In this document: positions 21,296 through 31,868 of the stretch, one piece after another
Position numbering within the stretch: position 1 is the first letter of the stretch
Layout: each line of letters begins with the position of its first letter
Made by a program: the position numbers and the translations under genes
NCBI GenBank assembly: GCA_965223265.1
Contig: OZ244999.1
Span: 704,001 to 768,000, forward strand
Direction of reading: 5' to 3'
Source of the DNA: Planctomycetota bacterium
GTDB lineage: Bacteria; Planctomycetota; UBA8108; SXIK01
DNA length: 64,000 bases
The notes under the pieces: generated by a model
Databases searched by the model: none
The model's input: the letters and a program-made list of their open reading frames with translations, nothing else
What the model was told of the DNA's origin: nothing

Positions 21296-24058
21296 TCATT
21301 TGGCCTCGAGCCACGAATCGCCGAACGCGACGTCGACCTTCAAAGCGACAGTGAGCTCGATCGCATTTTCCATCTCGCTGCGTACGAGTTGAGCCATTCT
21401 CTGAACATCCTTCTTCGGTGATTCCAAAACGAGTTCGTCATGCACCTGAATGAGAAGAACGAGGGGCAAGGACTCGGAGAGGATGCGGCGGTGAAGCCGT
21501 ACCATCGCCACTTTGATAATGTCGGCGGCGGTGCCCTGAACAACTGTGTTGATCGCGAGGCGTTCTCCGAGCGCCCGCCGCATGCGATTGCGCGAGTAGA
21601 TTTCCGGGATCGGCCTATGTCGGCCAAGAAGCGTCGATACCTTGCCGCTCTCCTGTGCATCTGAAACACATCGATCCATGAACTCGACGATGCCACGGTA
21701 ACGCTTCTTGTAGGCATCGATGAAGTCGGCGGCTTGGCGTCGCGGAATCCCCAGGGTGTTGGCCAGGCCGAAAGCGCCTTGTCCATAAATGATTCCGAAG
21801 TTGATGGCTTTGGCCCGCGTGCGTTCCTCACGTGTGACGTCTTCAATCGCGACACCTGCAACCTGCGCCGCGACGGCGGCGTGAATGTCTTGGTCGTTGC
21901 GGAACGCCTCAATGAGATTCTCGTCTTGGGAAAAGTGCGCGAGCACGCGCAGTTCAATTTGAGAGTAGTCGGCGACGATCAGAGCGTCATCTGCTGTCGA
22001 CGGCACGAACGCTCTACGGATTTCCCTACCTTGCTCGGTACGAATCGGTATGTTCTGTATGTTCGGATCCGACGAGGAAAGCCGACCAGTCGCAGTGACG
22101 GTCTGATGGAAGCTTGCGTGGAGTCTGCCTGTCTTGGGCGAGACGAGCTGCGGTAGTGGATCGACGTAGGTGCCGCGGAGTTTTGCCAGCTCGCGATACT
22201 CGAGCACGAGCTGCGGCAAAGGATGGTCGGATTCAGCAGCGAGCACGCGGAGAACCTCGGCGTCTGTGCTGCGTCCGGTTTTCGTCTTCTTCACTACCCG
22301 AAGTCCGAGCTCGTCAAAAAGAACGGCGCTGAGCTGCTTGGGGGAATCGATGACAAATTCGTGCCCCGCAGCTTCCTGGACTCTCGCCTTTAGAGATTCG
22401 ATTCTTTCGGCCATAGAATCGCTGATCGATCTGAGCAGCTGCGTATCGAGCTTGACGCCGGCCGACTCCATCGCAGCAAGAACCTCGACGAGAGGAACCT
22501 CGACGTCGTAGTAGAGCGACTTCATCGGCGACGCGTCGATGAGCGGCTTCAGGAGCTCATAGAGTCGCCACGTGATCTCGGCGTCCTCGGCCGCGTAGTC
22601 GGTGAGTTCTTGTGGGTTTGCTTCGAGAAGCGTCGTTTGATGTTTTCCTTTGCCGATCAGTGTCGAGATCGGGATGGTTTCATGGCCAAGAAGATCCTTC
22701 GCAAGATCATCCATGCCATGGCCGCGGCGTTCGGGGTGAAGCAGATAGGAGGCCACCATGGTGTCAAAGTGGACACCACGCACAGCGATGCCTACCGTTC
22801 TCAACACTTGCACGTCATATTTTAGGTTCTGGCCGCATTTCTTGATGGAGGCGTCTTCGAGAAACGGTTTCAAGCGTGCCAGTGTTTCCTGAAACGGTAA
22901 GGTCTTACCCAGGTGTGAGCGCAGCGGTAGGTAGTAGGCGTCACCCGTGGCCCAGGAAAAAGAGAGACCGACAAGCTCGCAATCGACTGGGCGCAGAGAG
23001 GTCGTTTCCGTATCGAACGCGAACACCTTCTGTCGGGAGAGCGCTGCGACGAATTCCTCGAACGCCGCAGGAGTAACGACGGCGGTGTAAGATCCCGGCG
23101 TTGTCTTGGTCATGCCTGTGGCACCGTCGCGCTCGGTCGCGCCTTCGGCTCCAGGGGAGTCGACGACCGGAGCGTCTGGCGTGCTGGCAGAGTCGTTACC
23201 CGCGGCCAAAGTGTCGAGCTGCGTAAGAATTCGATTCAATCCGAGTTCCTTGAGGAGCGGCCGCAGCTTTTCGGAGGCAAGTGGTCGCCGTTCGCACGCT
23301 TGCAGATCGAATTCGACCGGGACGTCCCGTCGGAGTGTGACCAGGTCTCGCGTTGTCTCCAGCTGGTCACGAAACGCCAAGACGTTCTCGCGCATCTTTG
23401 GCGTGAGTTCATCTGCGTGCTCTATGACCGCCGCAGCCGAGCCGTATTTCGCGAGCAGCGCTACTGCCTTCTTGACACCGACGAGGTGGATGCCTGGGAC
23501 GTTGTCGGTCTTGTCGCCGGTGAGTGTTTGGATCTCCACGGCCAGCTCCGGACCGAAACCATGTTTGGCGCGCAATCCCTCGTCGTCGAGGACCTCGCCC
23601 GTCACAGGGTCCCATAGGTGCACGTTGCGGTTGAGCAGCTGATAGAGATCCTTGTCCTTACTCACTATGGACAGCTCGACGTCCACGCCGGCGAGCTTCT
23701 CCGCGATGGTGGCTATGACGTCATCCGCCTCATACCCTGGCACACGGAACAGCGGGATGCCAAGCAGCTCGATCACCTCGACGATGCGTTCGATCTGCGG
23801 TGCAAGATCTTCTGGAGCCTCGTCTCGCGTCGCTTTGTAGTCCGCGTCAATTTCACGACGAAACGTCGTCGCATCGCTGACGTCCATGGCGACAGCAAAG
23901 TAATCGGGGCGCTGTTCGCGCAAAATCGATAGGAGCATCTGCGTAAAGATGTGAGTCGCCTTGACAGGCTCGCCCGCAGGAGAGGTGAGCGGCTGGAACG
24001 GGGCGTAGTACGCCCGAAAGATTTGCGCGTGTCCGTCGATGAGAAAGAAGCGCTTCAA
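21296..24058 (-). CDS. polA: DNA polymerase I
   Basis: LIDGH 5'-exonuclease, FDTETT 3'-exonuclease, TGRLSSSDPNIQNIP, ADYSQIELR, KAINFGIIYG, QVHDEL. Confidence 0.98.
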   Translation of the reverse strand: MKRFFLIDGHAQIFRAYYAPFQPLTSPAGEPVKATHIFTQMLLSILREQRPDYFAVAMDVSDATTFRREIDADYKATRDEAPEDLAPQIERIVEVIELLGIPLFRVPGYEADDVIATIAEKLAGVDVELSIVSKDKDLYQLLNRNVHLWDPVTGEVLDDEGLRAKHGFGPELAVEIQTLTGDKTDNVPGIHLVGVKKAVALLAKYGSAAAVIEHADELTPKMRENVLAFRDQLETTRDLVTLRRDVPVEFDLQACERRPLASEKLRPLLKELGLNRILTQLDTLAAGNDSASTPDAPVVDSPGAEGATERDGATGMTKTTPGSYTAVVTPAAFEEFVAALSRQKVFAFDTETTSLRPVDCELVGLSFSWATGDAYYLPLRSHLGKTLPFQETLARLKPFLEDASIKKCGQNLKYDVQVLRTVGIAVRGVHFDTMVASYLLHPERRGHGMDDLAKDLLGHETIPISTLIGKGKHQTTLLEANPQELTDYAAEDAEITWRLYELLKPLIDASPMKSLYYDVEVPLVEVLAAMESAGVKLDTQLLRSISDSMAERIESLKARVQEAAGHEFVIDSPKQLSAVLFDELGLRVVKKTKTGRSTDAEVLRVLAAESDHPLPQLVLEYRELAKLRGTYVDPLPQLVSPKTGRLHASFHQTVTATGRLSSSDPNIQNIPIRTEQGREIRRAFVPSTADDALIVADYSQIELRVLAHFSQDENLIEAFRNDQDIHAAVAAQVAGVAIEDVTREERTRAKAINFGIIYGQGAFGLANTLGIPRRQAADFIDAYKKRYRGIVEFMDRCVSDAQESGKVSTLLGRHRPIPEIYSRNRMRRALGERLAINTVVQGTAADIIKVAMVRLHRRILSESLPLVLLIQVHDELVLESPKKDVQRMAQLVRSEMENAIELTVALKVDVAFGDSWLEAK

Positions 24059-24220
24059 AACTCAACACCTCGCTCTACTTGCACGCGTACTGCGCTACCA
24101 CCTCGTTCGATCTGCGCTTGCCGTGTCGACACCTGTGGCACCGAGGACGACCTCGCACGCCGCGCGACATTCGTTGACCACCAAGCCGTGGGATCATAGC
24201 ACGAAGGATTCGGTTGTGAG

Positions 24221-25582
24221 TTGATTTTTGTTGCGCTTGTGCTTACGCTTCGCCGCAGAGAACGGTTGTGTTCGGCACCTCGTTGTGTGGCAACGCTTCG
24301 AACTCGAGTTTCGCGCCTTGGTCCCTCGCAAGAATCCGTTACGCGTGATCCTGTGAACATTGCTGCCGTCGTGCCTGCGACAGCTTGCCTCGTTTTGATC
24401 ATCGGCAGCGTCGGGTTGTTGAGCGGTTGTCAGCACGAGCCTGCACCAACGATGACAGGGCTGGAGGTGTTGGCGGCGGAGAATTTCGAGGCGCTACGTG
24501 GCCGCCGCGTCGCCGTCGTCACCAATCAGACGGGTGTCGACGGTGACTTGCGAGGTCTCACCGAGCTCATTGCAGCCGCGCCCCATGTGCAGCTCGTCGC
24601 CTTGTTCTCTCCTGAGCACGGGTTTCGCGGCGCGGCAGCCGCAGGTGCTCACGTCGCCGATGGGCGCGAAGCCGCGACTGCTGTGCCGGTCTATAGCCTC
24701 TACGGGAAGGTGCGGCGACCCACGAGCGACATGCTCACAGGGGTCGATGTGGTTCTCTTCGATATTCAGGACGTCGGTGTGCGGACGTACACGTATCTCG
24801 CGACGCTCAAGGAGGTCCTCTACGCTGCCGCCGCGAACGGGGTTGAAGTGTGGGTACTGGACCGGCCAGTGCCGATCGGCGGCGAAACGATCGAGGGGCC
24901 TGTGTCGAGGGCAGAGTTCGAATCGTTCGTAGCGCCGCATCCAGTCGCGCTTCGTCACGGCATGACGGCGGGTGAATTCGCGCGCATGCTGAACGACGAG
25001 CGAAGAATCGGCGCCGATCTCAGGGTCGTGCGAATGAGTGGATATCGGCGCGGCGCGCAGTGCTCTGAAGACGGCAAGTGGATCGCACCATCGCCGAACA
25101 TCCCCACGCGTCGCTCCGCGTTCGCGTACGCCGCTACGGTACTGGTTGAGGGGACGAATCTCAGCGAAGGGCGCGGCACGACTCGACCGTTCGAGCTGAT
25201 CGGCGCTCCGTGGCTCGACGGCGTTGCTCTCGCGCAGCAGTTGAACGCGCTGCGTTTGCCCGGGTGCCGGTTTCGAGCCGTGACGTTTCGTCCTTGGTTT
25301 TCGAAGTATCGCGGTGAGGATTGCGAGGGCGTGCAGCTGCACATCGATGCACCGCAGCGATTCCGTGCCGCCGAGGTTGCGGTCGCGCTGTTGTCCTCCG
25401 TGCAGCGGTTACATCCAGACGAGTTCGAATTCGATGCGGATCGTTTCGACCGCCTCGCCGGTTCGTCGGCGCTTCGAACGATGGTCGTGTCGGGGGAGGT
25501 GTGGCGCAAAATCGCCGCGTCGTGGAGCGCAGATCTTGATGCCTTCCGCGCACGTCGCGCACGGTTTTTGCTTTATCAATGA
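24221..25582 (+). CDS. namZ: Exo-beta-N-acetylmuramidase NamZ family (DUF1343), probable lipoprotein; true start likely near 24352
   Basis: VTNQTG, FSPEHG, FDIQDVGVRTYTY, LDRP, RHGMTAGE, PSPNIP, SEGRGTTRPFE; lipobox LLSGC. Confidence 0.9.
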   Translation: MIFVALVLTLRRRERLCSAPRCVATLRTRVSRLGPSQESVTRDPVNIAAVVPATACLVLIIGSVGLLSGCQHEPAPTMTGLEVLAAENFEALRGRRVAVVTNQTGVDGDLRGLTELIAAAPHVQLVALFSPEHGFRGAAAAGAHVADGREAATAVPVYSLYGKVRRPTSDMLTGVDVVLFDIQDVGVRTYTYLATLKEVLYAAAANGVEVWVLDRPVPIGGETIEGPVSRAEFESFVAPHPVALRHGMTAGEFARMLNDERRIGADLRVVRMSGYRRGAQCSEDGKWIAPSPNIPTRRSAFAYAATVLVEGTNLSEGRGTTRPFELIGAPWLDGVALAQQLNALRLPGCRFRAVTFRPWFSKYRGEDCEGVQLHIDAPQRFRAAEVAVALLSSVQRLHPDEFEFDADRFDRLAGSSALRTMVVSGEVWRKIAASWSADLDAFRARRARFLLYQ

Positions 25583-25625
25583 GCGGCGACAACGCAGTGA
25601 GCCGTGTCGTGACCGCCACATCGAG

Positions 25626-26831
25626 CTAGCGATCGTCGTAAATCACGAGGTTGTCGCGGTGAATAAACTCTACGACGTCGCGCCCTGACTCGGTGCTCAC
25701 CTCTTCCGACGTTTTGCCAACGAGCGACTGAGCCGCCGCAGCATCGTAGTTGGCGACGCCGCGACCAATCTCCTCGCCGCCTCCGGTAGCGAGTGTCACG
25801 ATTTCACCTTCACGAAAGCTTCCTTCAATGCTGACAACGCCGGCGAAGAGCAGACTCGAAGCGCGCGCGGTGAGGGCTTCTTCGGCGCCGCGGTTGACAG
25901 TAACACGGCCAGTAGGTATCGAGGCATAGGCGAGCCAGCGTTTGCGGCTTGTCAGACGCTGTTTCGGTAGAAAGAGCGTGCCGACTTCATCTCCGGCAAG
26001 CACCCGCGCCACAACCCCCGGGCGGTGCCCGCTCGCAATGACGGCAAGGCCGCCTGACGCTAACGCGATGCGAATGGAGTCAAGCTTGCTGCTCATTCCA
26101 CCGCGACCACGGTGTTTGCCGAAACTCGCCATCGATTCAATCTCAGCGTTGATTTCTTCGACGACCGATAGCGGCCCGGAATGCGCGTCACCGCTGCTCT
26201 CCGCGTCTTCTGTGTAGTTTCGATAGAGCCCCTCGACGTCCGTCAGAAGGATCAGCAACTCGGCGTTGAGTTTCGACATGACCTGTGCAGAGAGGCGATC
26301 GTTGTCACCGAACACGCCTCGTGCGCCGCGCAGATTCGTTGGCGATTGAATCTCACTGGTGGAGACAGTGTCGTTTTCGTTGACCACCGGAATGACGCGT
26401 TCGCCGAGCAAATGCTCAAGAGTATTGCGGAGATTCAGGTACCGGGCGCGGTTCGCGAGGTCGTCCTCTGTGAGAAGTACTTGAGCCATCGACACTCCCC
26501 AGCGCTCGAATGCCTGCTCGTACGTCGACATCAGACGAATCTGGCCGACGGCGGCGCACGCCTGCAGCGCGGGAAGGTCGCTCGGCTTGGTCTGAATTCC
26601 GAGCCGGTGCATGCCCATGCTGATCGCTCCCGACGACACGACGATGATCTGCAGGCCACGGCGGTGAAGTTCGACGATGTCCTCGATCAAGGAGTGAAAT
26701 CGCCCCATCGCCATCTCTCCGTCGTGGCGCGTCAGGACGTTCGTTCCCACTTTGACGACGACGCGCCGGATTCCCGCCATCAGCTCGGTTCGGCTTGCGG
26801 CGTTCGGGGGCGTTGGAGGCTTGCGAGTCAT
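25626..26831 (-). CDS. proB: Glutamate 5-kinase with PUA domain
   Basis: VVKVGT, VSSGAI, AAVGQ, NENDTV, FGDND, GGMSSK, C-terminal IHRDNL. Confidence 0.95.
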   Translation of the reverse strand: MTRKPPTPPNAASRTELMAGIRRVVVKVGTNVLTRHDGEMAMGRFHSLIEDIVELHRRGLQIIVVSSGAISMGMHRLGIQTKPSDLPALQACAAVGQIRLMSTYEQAFERWGVSMAQVLLTEDDLANRARYLNLRNTLEHLLGERVIPVVNENDTVSTSEIQSPTNLRGARGVFGDNDRLSAQVMSKLNAELLILLTDVEGLYRNYTEDAESSGDAHSGPLSVVEEINAEIESMASFGKHRGRGGMSSKLDSIRIALASGGLAVIASGHRPGVVARVLAGDEVGTLFLPKQRLTSRKRWLAYASIPTGRVTVNRGAEEALTARASSLLFAGVVSIEGSFREGEIVTLATGGGEEIGRGVANYDAAAAQSLVGKTSEEVSTESGRDVVEFIHRDNLVIYDDR

Positions 26832-27450
26832 ATGGGTTCCGCGGCGGTGGCGATGACACATGGAAACGTTGGATTGTAGCACCACCGTCGTCGCTGACCA
26901 GCGGCGAAAACTTTGGCCGCGCTGGGCGCCGGAGTCGCCCTTGCCGCGTTCGTCAGCCCACACGACTTCGCTTTTTATTGGGGGCTCCAGGCAGGCGCAG
27001 CTTGACCCGACGACAAGTCACAGCGTTTCGTCGAGGACGGCTCCACGGTCCGAAGGCACCGCCGTTTGTGGCCACGCGGCCAGCCGATTCTCCGCGCGCT
27101 CTTCAGCGACCCGGACTTTCGCGGTAGGGCCGGGAAAGGCGCAACCATCGACGATTCCGAACTGCGCTCACGAGCTGGGGGGCTCGCTCGTGAGAGGACC
27201 GGTGGGCTTGGGTCGAAGACGGATTCCGAACAGCGAGTCGCTGCTCGTCGCTCGAAATCGCCGTATGGCTGCTTCTTGCTTCAGATCTCGGAAGGGCGAT
27301 CGATTCCACTCCAGAAATCAGTTAGTACTTTTACTTTCTATCTGTCACCGTTTTGTCACGAGCCGAGAAACTTTTTTCACGCTCGTACCGACACCATTTG
27401 CTCGGTGGGATCGACCGCAAGTGCCTGATCGGGGAAGAGTTCGGCGCCGG

Positions 27451-27732
27451 TCACTGCCGCTCGTTGAGCGGTGTTTGCGGCTCGGTGATGACTGGGTGTT
27501 TGGGAGCTTCTAGGGCGTTGTCGGCGATGTAGAAACGCCATCGCTCGGGGACGTCGTCGTGCGAGAAGATGGCTGATACCGGACACTCCGGCACGCACAC
27601 CGCACAGTCAATGCAGACGTCGGGGTGGATGTACAACATGCGCTGCGCGGCGTGGAAGCAGTCCACTGGGCACACGGCGACGCAGTCCGTGTAGCGACAG
27701 TCGAGGCAAGGTTCACAAACGACGTGTGGCAT
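27451..27732 (-). CDS. fdxA: Ferredoxin (FdxA-like dicluster)
   Basis: CxxCxxxDCVAVCPVDCF and CIDCAVCVPECP motifs. Confidence 0.9.
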   Translation of the reverse strand: MPHVVCEPCLDCRYTDCVAVCPVDCFHAAQRMLYIHPDVCIDCAVCVPECPVSAIFSHDDVPERWRFYIADNALEAPKHPVITEPQTPLNERQ

Positions 27733-27934
27733 GAGGGCGATCGTACCACGTCCGTGTCAGGTCGTCCGAGTTAGCTCGCATTTCTCACAAGGTTCCTACT
27801 GCGGCACCGTAAGTCGCGCTTTCGTCCTCCCTCCTCGGTCGGACTCAATGGTCGAATCGCAAAGCCTTCCTTGCCACGACACGACTTGCGGCACGTCGCT
27901 ACGAAATCTTGTGAGAAATGCGGGCCTAGCCTAG

Positions 27935-28113
27935 CAGCCCGTTGAAAAAAGTCATTCGGCCGAAGAAACTGGCCTCTTCACGCCCAGCTCGACCGCGTCA
28001 ATACTCGCCATCAGAATCGAAAGAAGAGGGCCCGAAGATTGCCTCCGTTTGCCGCAGCCGATCTGGACGCGAAGAGACCAGTTTTCGGCTCGAAGCACTT
28101 TTTCAACAGGCTG
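27935..28113. mobile_element. MITE copy 1: palindromic, IS5-like ends, CTAG target duplication
   Basis: CTAG|CAGCCCGTTGAAAAA ... TTTTTCAACAGGCTG|CTAG (CTAG at 27931-27934 and 28114-28117); second copy at 53514. Confidence 0.85.
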
Positions 28114-28395
28114 CTAGCCGCTCAAGCGTTCTTTGTGCAGCGACGAACTCAGTGGGCTGCGCGAGGTTGAACGCACACGCCAGCACTCGACCGCCATTTG
28201 CTGCAGTAAAGAGACGACGTCGGAGACGTGCGCGTTCTGCGTTTTCGTCAACACCCACGAACCGTCGGGCTGCTGCGTGACGATGTCCTCGCACTGCGGG
28301 CAAAGATAGAACAGATATTCGCTACCGTCGCTGACGACCTGAGCGCTGGCGCGTAGCCGACAGGAGCAGCCGGGGCATTTGGGCTTCTGGGTCAT
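28114..28395 (-). CDS. Small zinc-ribbon protein (two CxxC)
   Basis: MTQKPKCPGC...YLCPQC; GAGG upstream; stop TAG lies in the MITE CTAG. Confidence 0.5.
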   Translation of the reverse strand: MTQKPKCPGCSCRLRASAQVVSDGSEYLFYLCPQCEDIVTQQPDGSWVLTKTQNAHVSDVVSLLQQMAVECWRVRSTSRSPLSSSLHKERLSG

Positions 28396-28898
28396 CCGAA
28401 AATCCTCGTCGTGGCGTTCGTGTACAGTTGCCCGCATCCTCGCGTCGAACGTCGAGCGTCGTGGCGGCAACGAGGCGCGACGGGCGCCGCCCAAGAAGAA
28501 TACGATGATCCGTCGCGCGGCGTCGGCCGAACTTGCCGCCGAGGTGCTGAATGCGTCGTCTGGCCGCGCGGATTTACCGCACATTGCCCCTTGTTTCGGG
28601 GTTGGATTCGTCTAAAATCAGCTGCTTCCGCGCTCTCGCGGTCAGCTCTCATCGAGAGCTAATGATCGCCGCCCGCGTTCGGTTGCGTCGCCTGAGGAAC
28701 CGTTGGCGGCCTCGAACTTCGCGGTGCGGTGGCGGTGCTGTAATCGGCGCTGTAGAAGAGTGCGCGAGGCGCAGGAAAAGAAGAGCGGAGAATGAGGTCT
28801 CACGACTCGGCGCCGCTGCCTCGAGAGTCGTCGTCATGCACGACGGCAAGACCTGTCGAATCAACCGCCTCTGAAAGAGAATACGAGAAAGGACACTT

Positions 28899-31868
28899 AT
28901 GGCACGGAAGCACAAGTATGTTTACTCCTTCGGTGGCGGAAAAGCTGAGGGACAGGGCTCGATGCGGGAGCTGCTCGGCGGCAAGGGCGCGAACCTCGCT
29001 GAGATGGCTGGGCACCCGCGGCTACGATTACCTGTGCCTCCGGGTTTCACGATCTCCACTGAGGTGTGCTCATACTACTATGCTCACCGTCGCCGTTACC
29101 CGACCGAATTGAAGTCTCAGGTCGAGGCGGCCGTCAAGCGCGTTGCGCGCGTCATCGGCAGGAAATTTGGCGATCCGAAGAATCCGCTCCTTTGGTCCGT
29201 GCGATCAGGAGCTCGCGTCTCCATGCCTGGAATGATGGAGACGGTTCTCAACATCGGTTTGACTTCCAAGACGATCCCCGGACTCGTTGCGCAGACGGGC
29301 GGCAACGAGCGGTTTGTGTACGATGCCTACCGCCGGCTGATCACCATGTACTCGGACGTCGTAATGGAGAAGGCCGCTGGCATCGAGCCGGAGGAAGGCA
29401 AGGGAGTCCGTCGACTGCTCGACGTGCACCTTGAGTCGCGTAAGCGATCCATCGGGGTCGAGGAAGATACCGACCTCAGCGCCGTCGATTTGAAGCAACT
29501 GTGCGACGAGTACAAGGTGATGGTGCGCGACGTTCTCGGCAAGCCCTTCCCTGACAACGCTGAGCGCCAACTTTGGGGGGCGATTGGAGCTGTCTTCGCA
29601 TCGTGGAACGGCAAACGCGCGATCGCCTACCGCAATATCGAATCCATCCCTCACGAGTGGGGTACCGCGGTCAACGTTCAGTCCATGGTGTTCGGCAACA
29701 TGGGCGAGGACTGTGCCACGGGCGTGGCGTTCACCCGCGACCCCGGTACCGGCTCCAAGTTCTTCTACGGCGAATACCTCATCAACGCCCAGGGTGAGGA
29801 TGTCGTTGCGGGAATCCGAACGCCATCGCCGATCAATGCTGCTTCCGCTGGCGATCAGAACAGTGACCAGATTACGCTCGAAGAGGTGATGCCGAAGGCG
29901 TATCGCCAGCTCAACGCGATCCAGAAACGACTCGAGAAGCACTATCGTGACATGCAGGACATTGAGTTCACGATAGAGCGCGGACACCTGTACATGCTGC
30001 AGTGCCGCGTCGGTAAGCGGAATGGCCGTGCAGCCGTCAAAATGGCCGTGGATATGGTGCGCGAACGCCTGATCAAGCCGAACGAGGCGATCATGCGTGT
30101 GACCGCGAGTCAGCTCGACGAGCTTCTGCATCCGATCTTGGATCCACAGGTGGAGCGAGAGACCACACCGGTGGCGAAGGGGTTGCCAGCAGGCCCGGGC
30201 GGCGCCTGCGGTTCGATTGTATTCACTGCCGACGCTGCCGTGCGCGAGTACGCCCGTGGCAAGGACGTGATTCTGGTTCGCGACGAAACCAACCCGGAAG
30301 ACGTGGAAGGAATGCGAGCCTCACAGGCGATCCTTACGTCGCGTGGTGGTATGACGTCGCATGCGGCGCTTGTGGCGCGAGGTTGGGGGAAGTGCTGCAT
30401 CGTCGGCTGTGGGAGCGCGGACGTCGACGTCGAAGGCAAGACGATGACTGTGGGCGGTCGTGTCTTTCGTGAAGGGGACGAGCTGAGCCTGAACGGCAGC
30501 AGCGGCGTCGTCTATGCGGGCCGTCTGCCCATGGTCGACGCGACGACAAATGACACGACGTTGAATGCGTTTCTTGCGCTGTGTGACAAGCTGCGTCGGC
30601 TCAAGGTGCGCGCCAACGCCGACACCACTGAGGACGCCGAGCGAGCGCGTGCGTTCGGGGCGGAAGGGATCGGCCTCTTCCGGACTGAGCACATGTTCTA
30701 CGGCGAGAACTCCGACGTGCCCCTGCAGATCCTCCGCAAGATGATTTTCGCGCAGGATGCGGATTCTCGCCGCAGCGCTTTGGCGGAGCTTTTTCCGTAC
30801 GTCAAGAACGACGTGCAGGCGACGCTCGCGGCAATGGACGGTCATCCGGTGACGATTCGTCTGCTCGATCCACCGCTGCACGAATTCGTTCCGCACGACT
30901 TGGAGAAGCTTCGCGGGCTCGCAGACGAGATTGGCATCTCTCTTGACGAGGCGCGCAGGCGTGCAGATGCTCTCCGTGAGTCGAATCCGATGATGGGGCA
31001 TCGCGGCGTCCGCCTTGGCATCACTTTTCCCGAGGTGACGGAGATGCAGGTGCGTGCCATCTTCGAGGCGGCTGCCGAGCTGCTGGCGCGGAAGCAAAAA
31101 GTTTTCCCTGAGATCATGGTGCCGGTCGTAGTGACGTCGAAGGAGCTCGAGATGAAGTACGAGCTCATCACGCGCGTCTACAAAGAGGTATTGGTCTCGA
31201 AGGCGATCAAGAAGATCCCGCATCTCGTTGGCACGATGGTCGAGATTCCTCGTGCCGCTCTAGCGGCCGGGGAGCTTGCCGATCATGCCGAGTTCTTTTC
31301 GTTTGGTACGAACGATCTCACGCAGATGACATTCGGTTTCTCCCGCGACGATACCGGCGCGTTCCTGCCCGATTACATCGCGCGTGGAATTCTGCCGAAC
31401 GACCCGTTCCAGGTACTGGATCAAAAGCGCGTCGGAGAGCTCGTCCGAATTGGCATCGAGCGCGGTCGAGCGACGCGACCGAAGTTGAAGGTCGGCATCT
31501 GCGGTGAACACGGTGGGGATCCCGAGTCGGTGCGTTTTTTCCACAACGCTGGCATGGACTACGTCTCCTGTTCGCCGTTTCGCATTCCGATCGCACGCCT
31601 CGCGTCGGCTCAGGCGGTTGTCGAGGCAGCAAGAGACAGCAAGGCCTCCGCTTCCAAGTCTCGCGCGAAGCCGCGCAAGAAGACAAAGAAAGCGGCTTCA
31701 AAAACGAAAACCAAGACGAGCCGCAAGACGAGCAAGGCCAAGAAAAAGCGTCCGGTGACGTCAGCACGTGCACGTGCGACGGCACGCGTGGTAGCGAAGA
31801 AGAGCAAGAACGGCGCCCGCAAGAGCGGGAAGAAAGGACGCAAGCGGGCGGTCGTGAAATCGCGCTGA
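28899..31868 (+). CDS. ppdK: Pyruvate phosphate dikinase with basic C-terminal extension
   Basis: LGGKGANLAEM, SVRSGARVSMPGMM, GGMTSHAA (phospho-His), SFGTNDLTQ, GICGEHGG. Confidence 0.97.
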   Translation: MARKHKYVYSFGGGKAEGQGSMRELLGGKGANLAEMAGHPRLRLPVPPGFTISTEVCSYYYAHRRRYPTELKSQVEAAVKRVARVIGRKFGDPKNPLLWSVRSGARVSMPGMMETVLNIGLTSKTIPGLVAQTGGNERFVYDAYRRLITMYSDVVMEKAAGIEPEEGKGVRRLLDVHLESRKRSIGVEEDTDLSAVDLKQLCDEYKVMVRDVLGKPFPDNAERQLWGAIGAVFASWNGKRAIAYRNIESIPHEWGTAVNVQSMVFGNMGEDCATGVAFTRDPGTGSKFFYGEYLINAQGEDVVAGIRTPSPINAASAGDQNSDQITLEEVMPKAYRQLNAIQKRLEKHYRDMQDIEFTIERGHLYMLQCRVGKRNGRAAVKMAVDMVRERLIKPNEAIMRVTASQLDELLHPILDPQVERETTPVAKGLPAGPGGACGSIVFTADAAVREYARGKDVILVRDETNPEDVEGMRASQAILTSRGGMTSHAALVARGWGKCCIVGCGSADVDVEGKTMTVGGRVFREGDELSLNGSSGVVYAGRLPMVDATTNDTTLNAFLALCDKLRRLKVRANADTTEDAERARAFGAEGIGLFRTEHMFYGENSDVPLQILRKMIFAQDADSRRSALAELFPYVKNDVQATLAAMDGHPVTIRLLDPPLHEFVPHDLEKLRGLADEIGISLDEARRRADALRESNPMMGHRGVRLGITFPEVTEMQVRAIFEAAAELLARKQKVFPEIMVPVVVTSKELEMKYELITRVYKEVLVSKAIKKIPHLVGTMVEIPRAALAAGELADHAEFFSFGTNDLTQMTFGFSRDDTGAFLPDYIARGILPNDPFQVLDQKRVGELVRIGIERGRATRPKLKVGICGEHGGDPESVRFFHNAGMDYVSCSPFRIPIARLASAQAVVEAARDSKASASKSRAKPRKKTKKAASKTKTKTSRKTSKAKKKRPVTSARARATARVVAKKSKNGARKSGKKGRKRAVVKSR

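Noticed and set aside
27942-28280. ORFs starting within the MITEs (also 53346-53558)
   Set aside because: They derive from MITE sequence and show no protein-like features.
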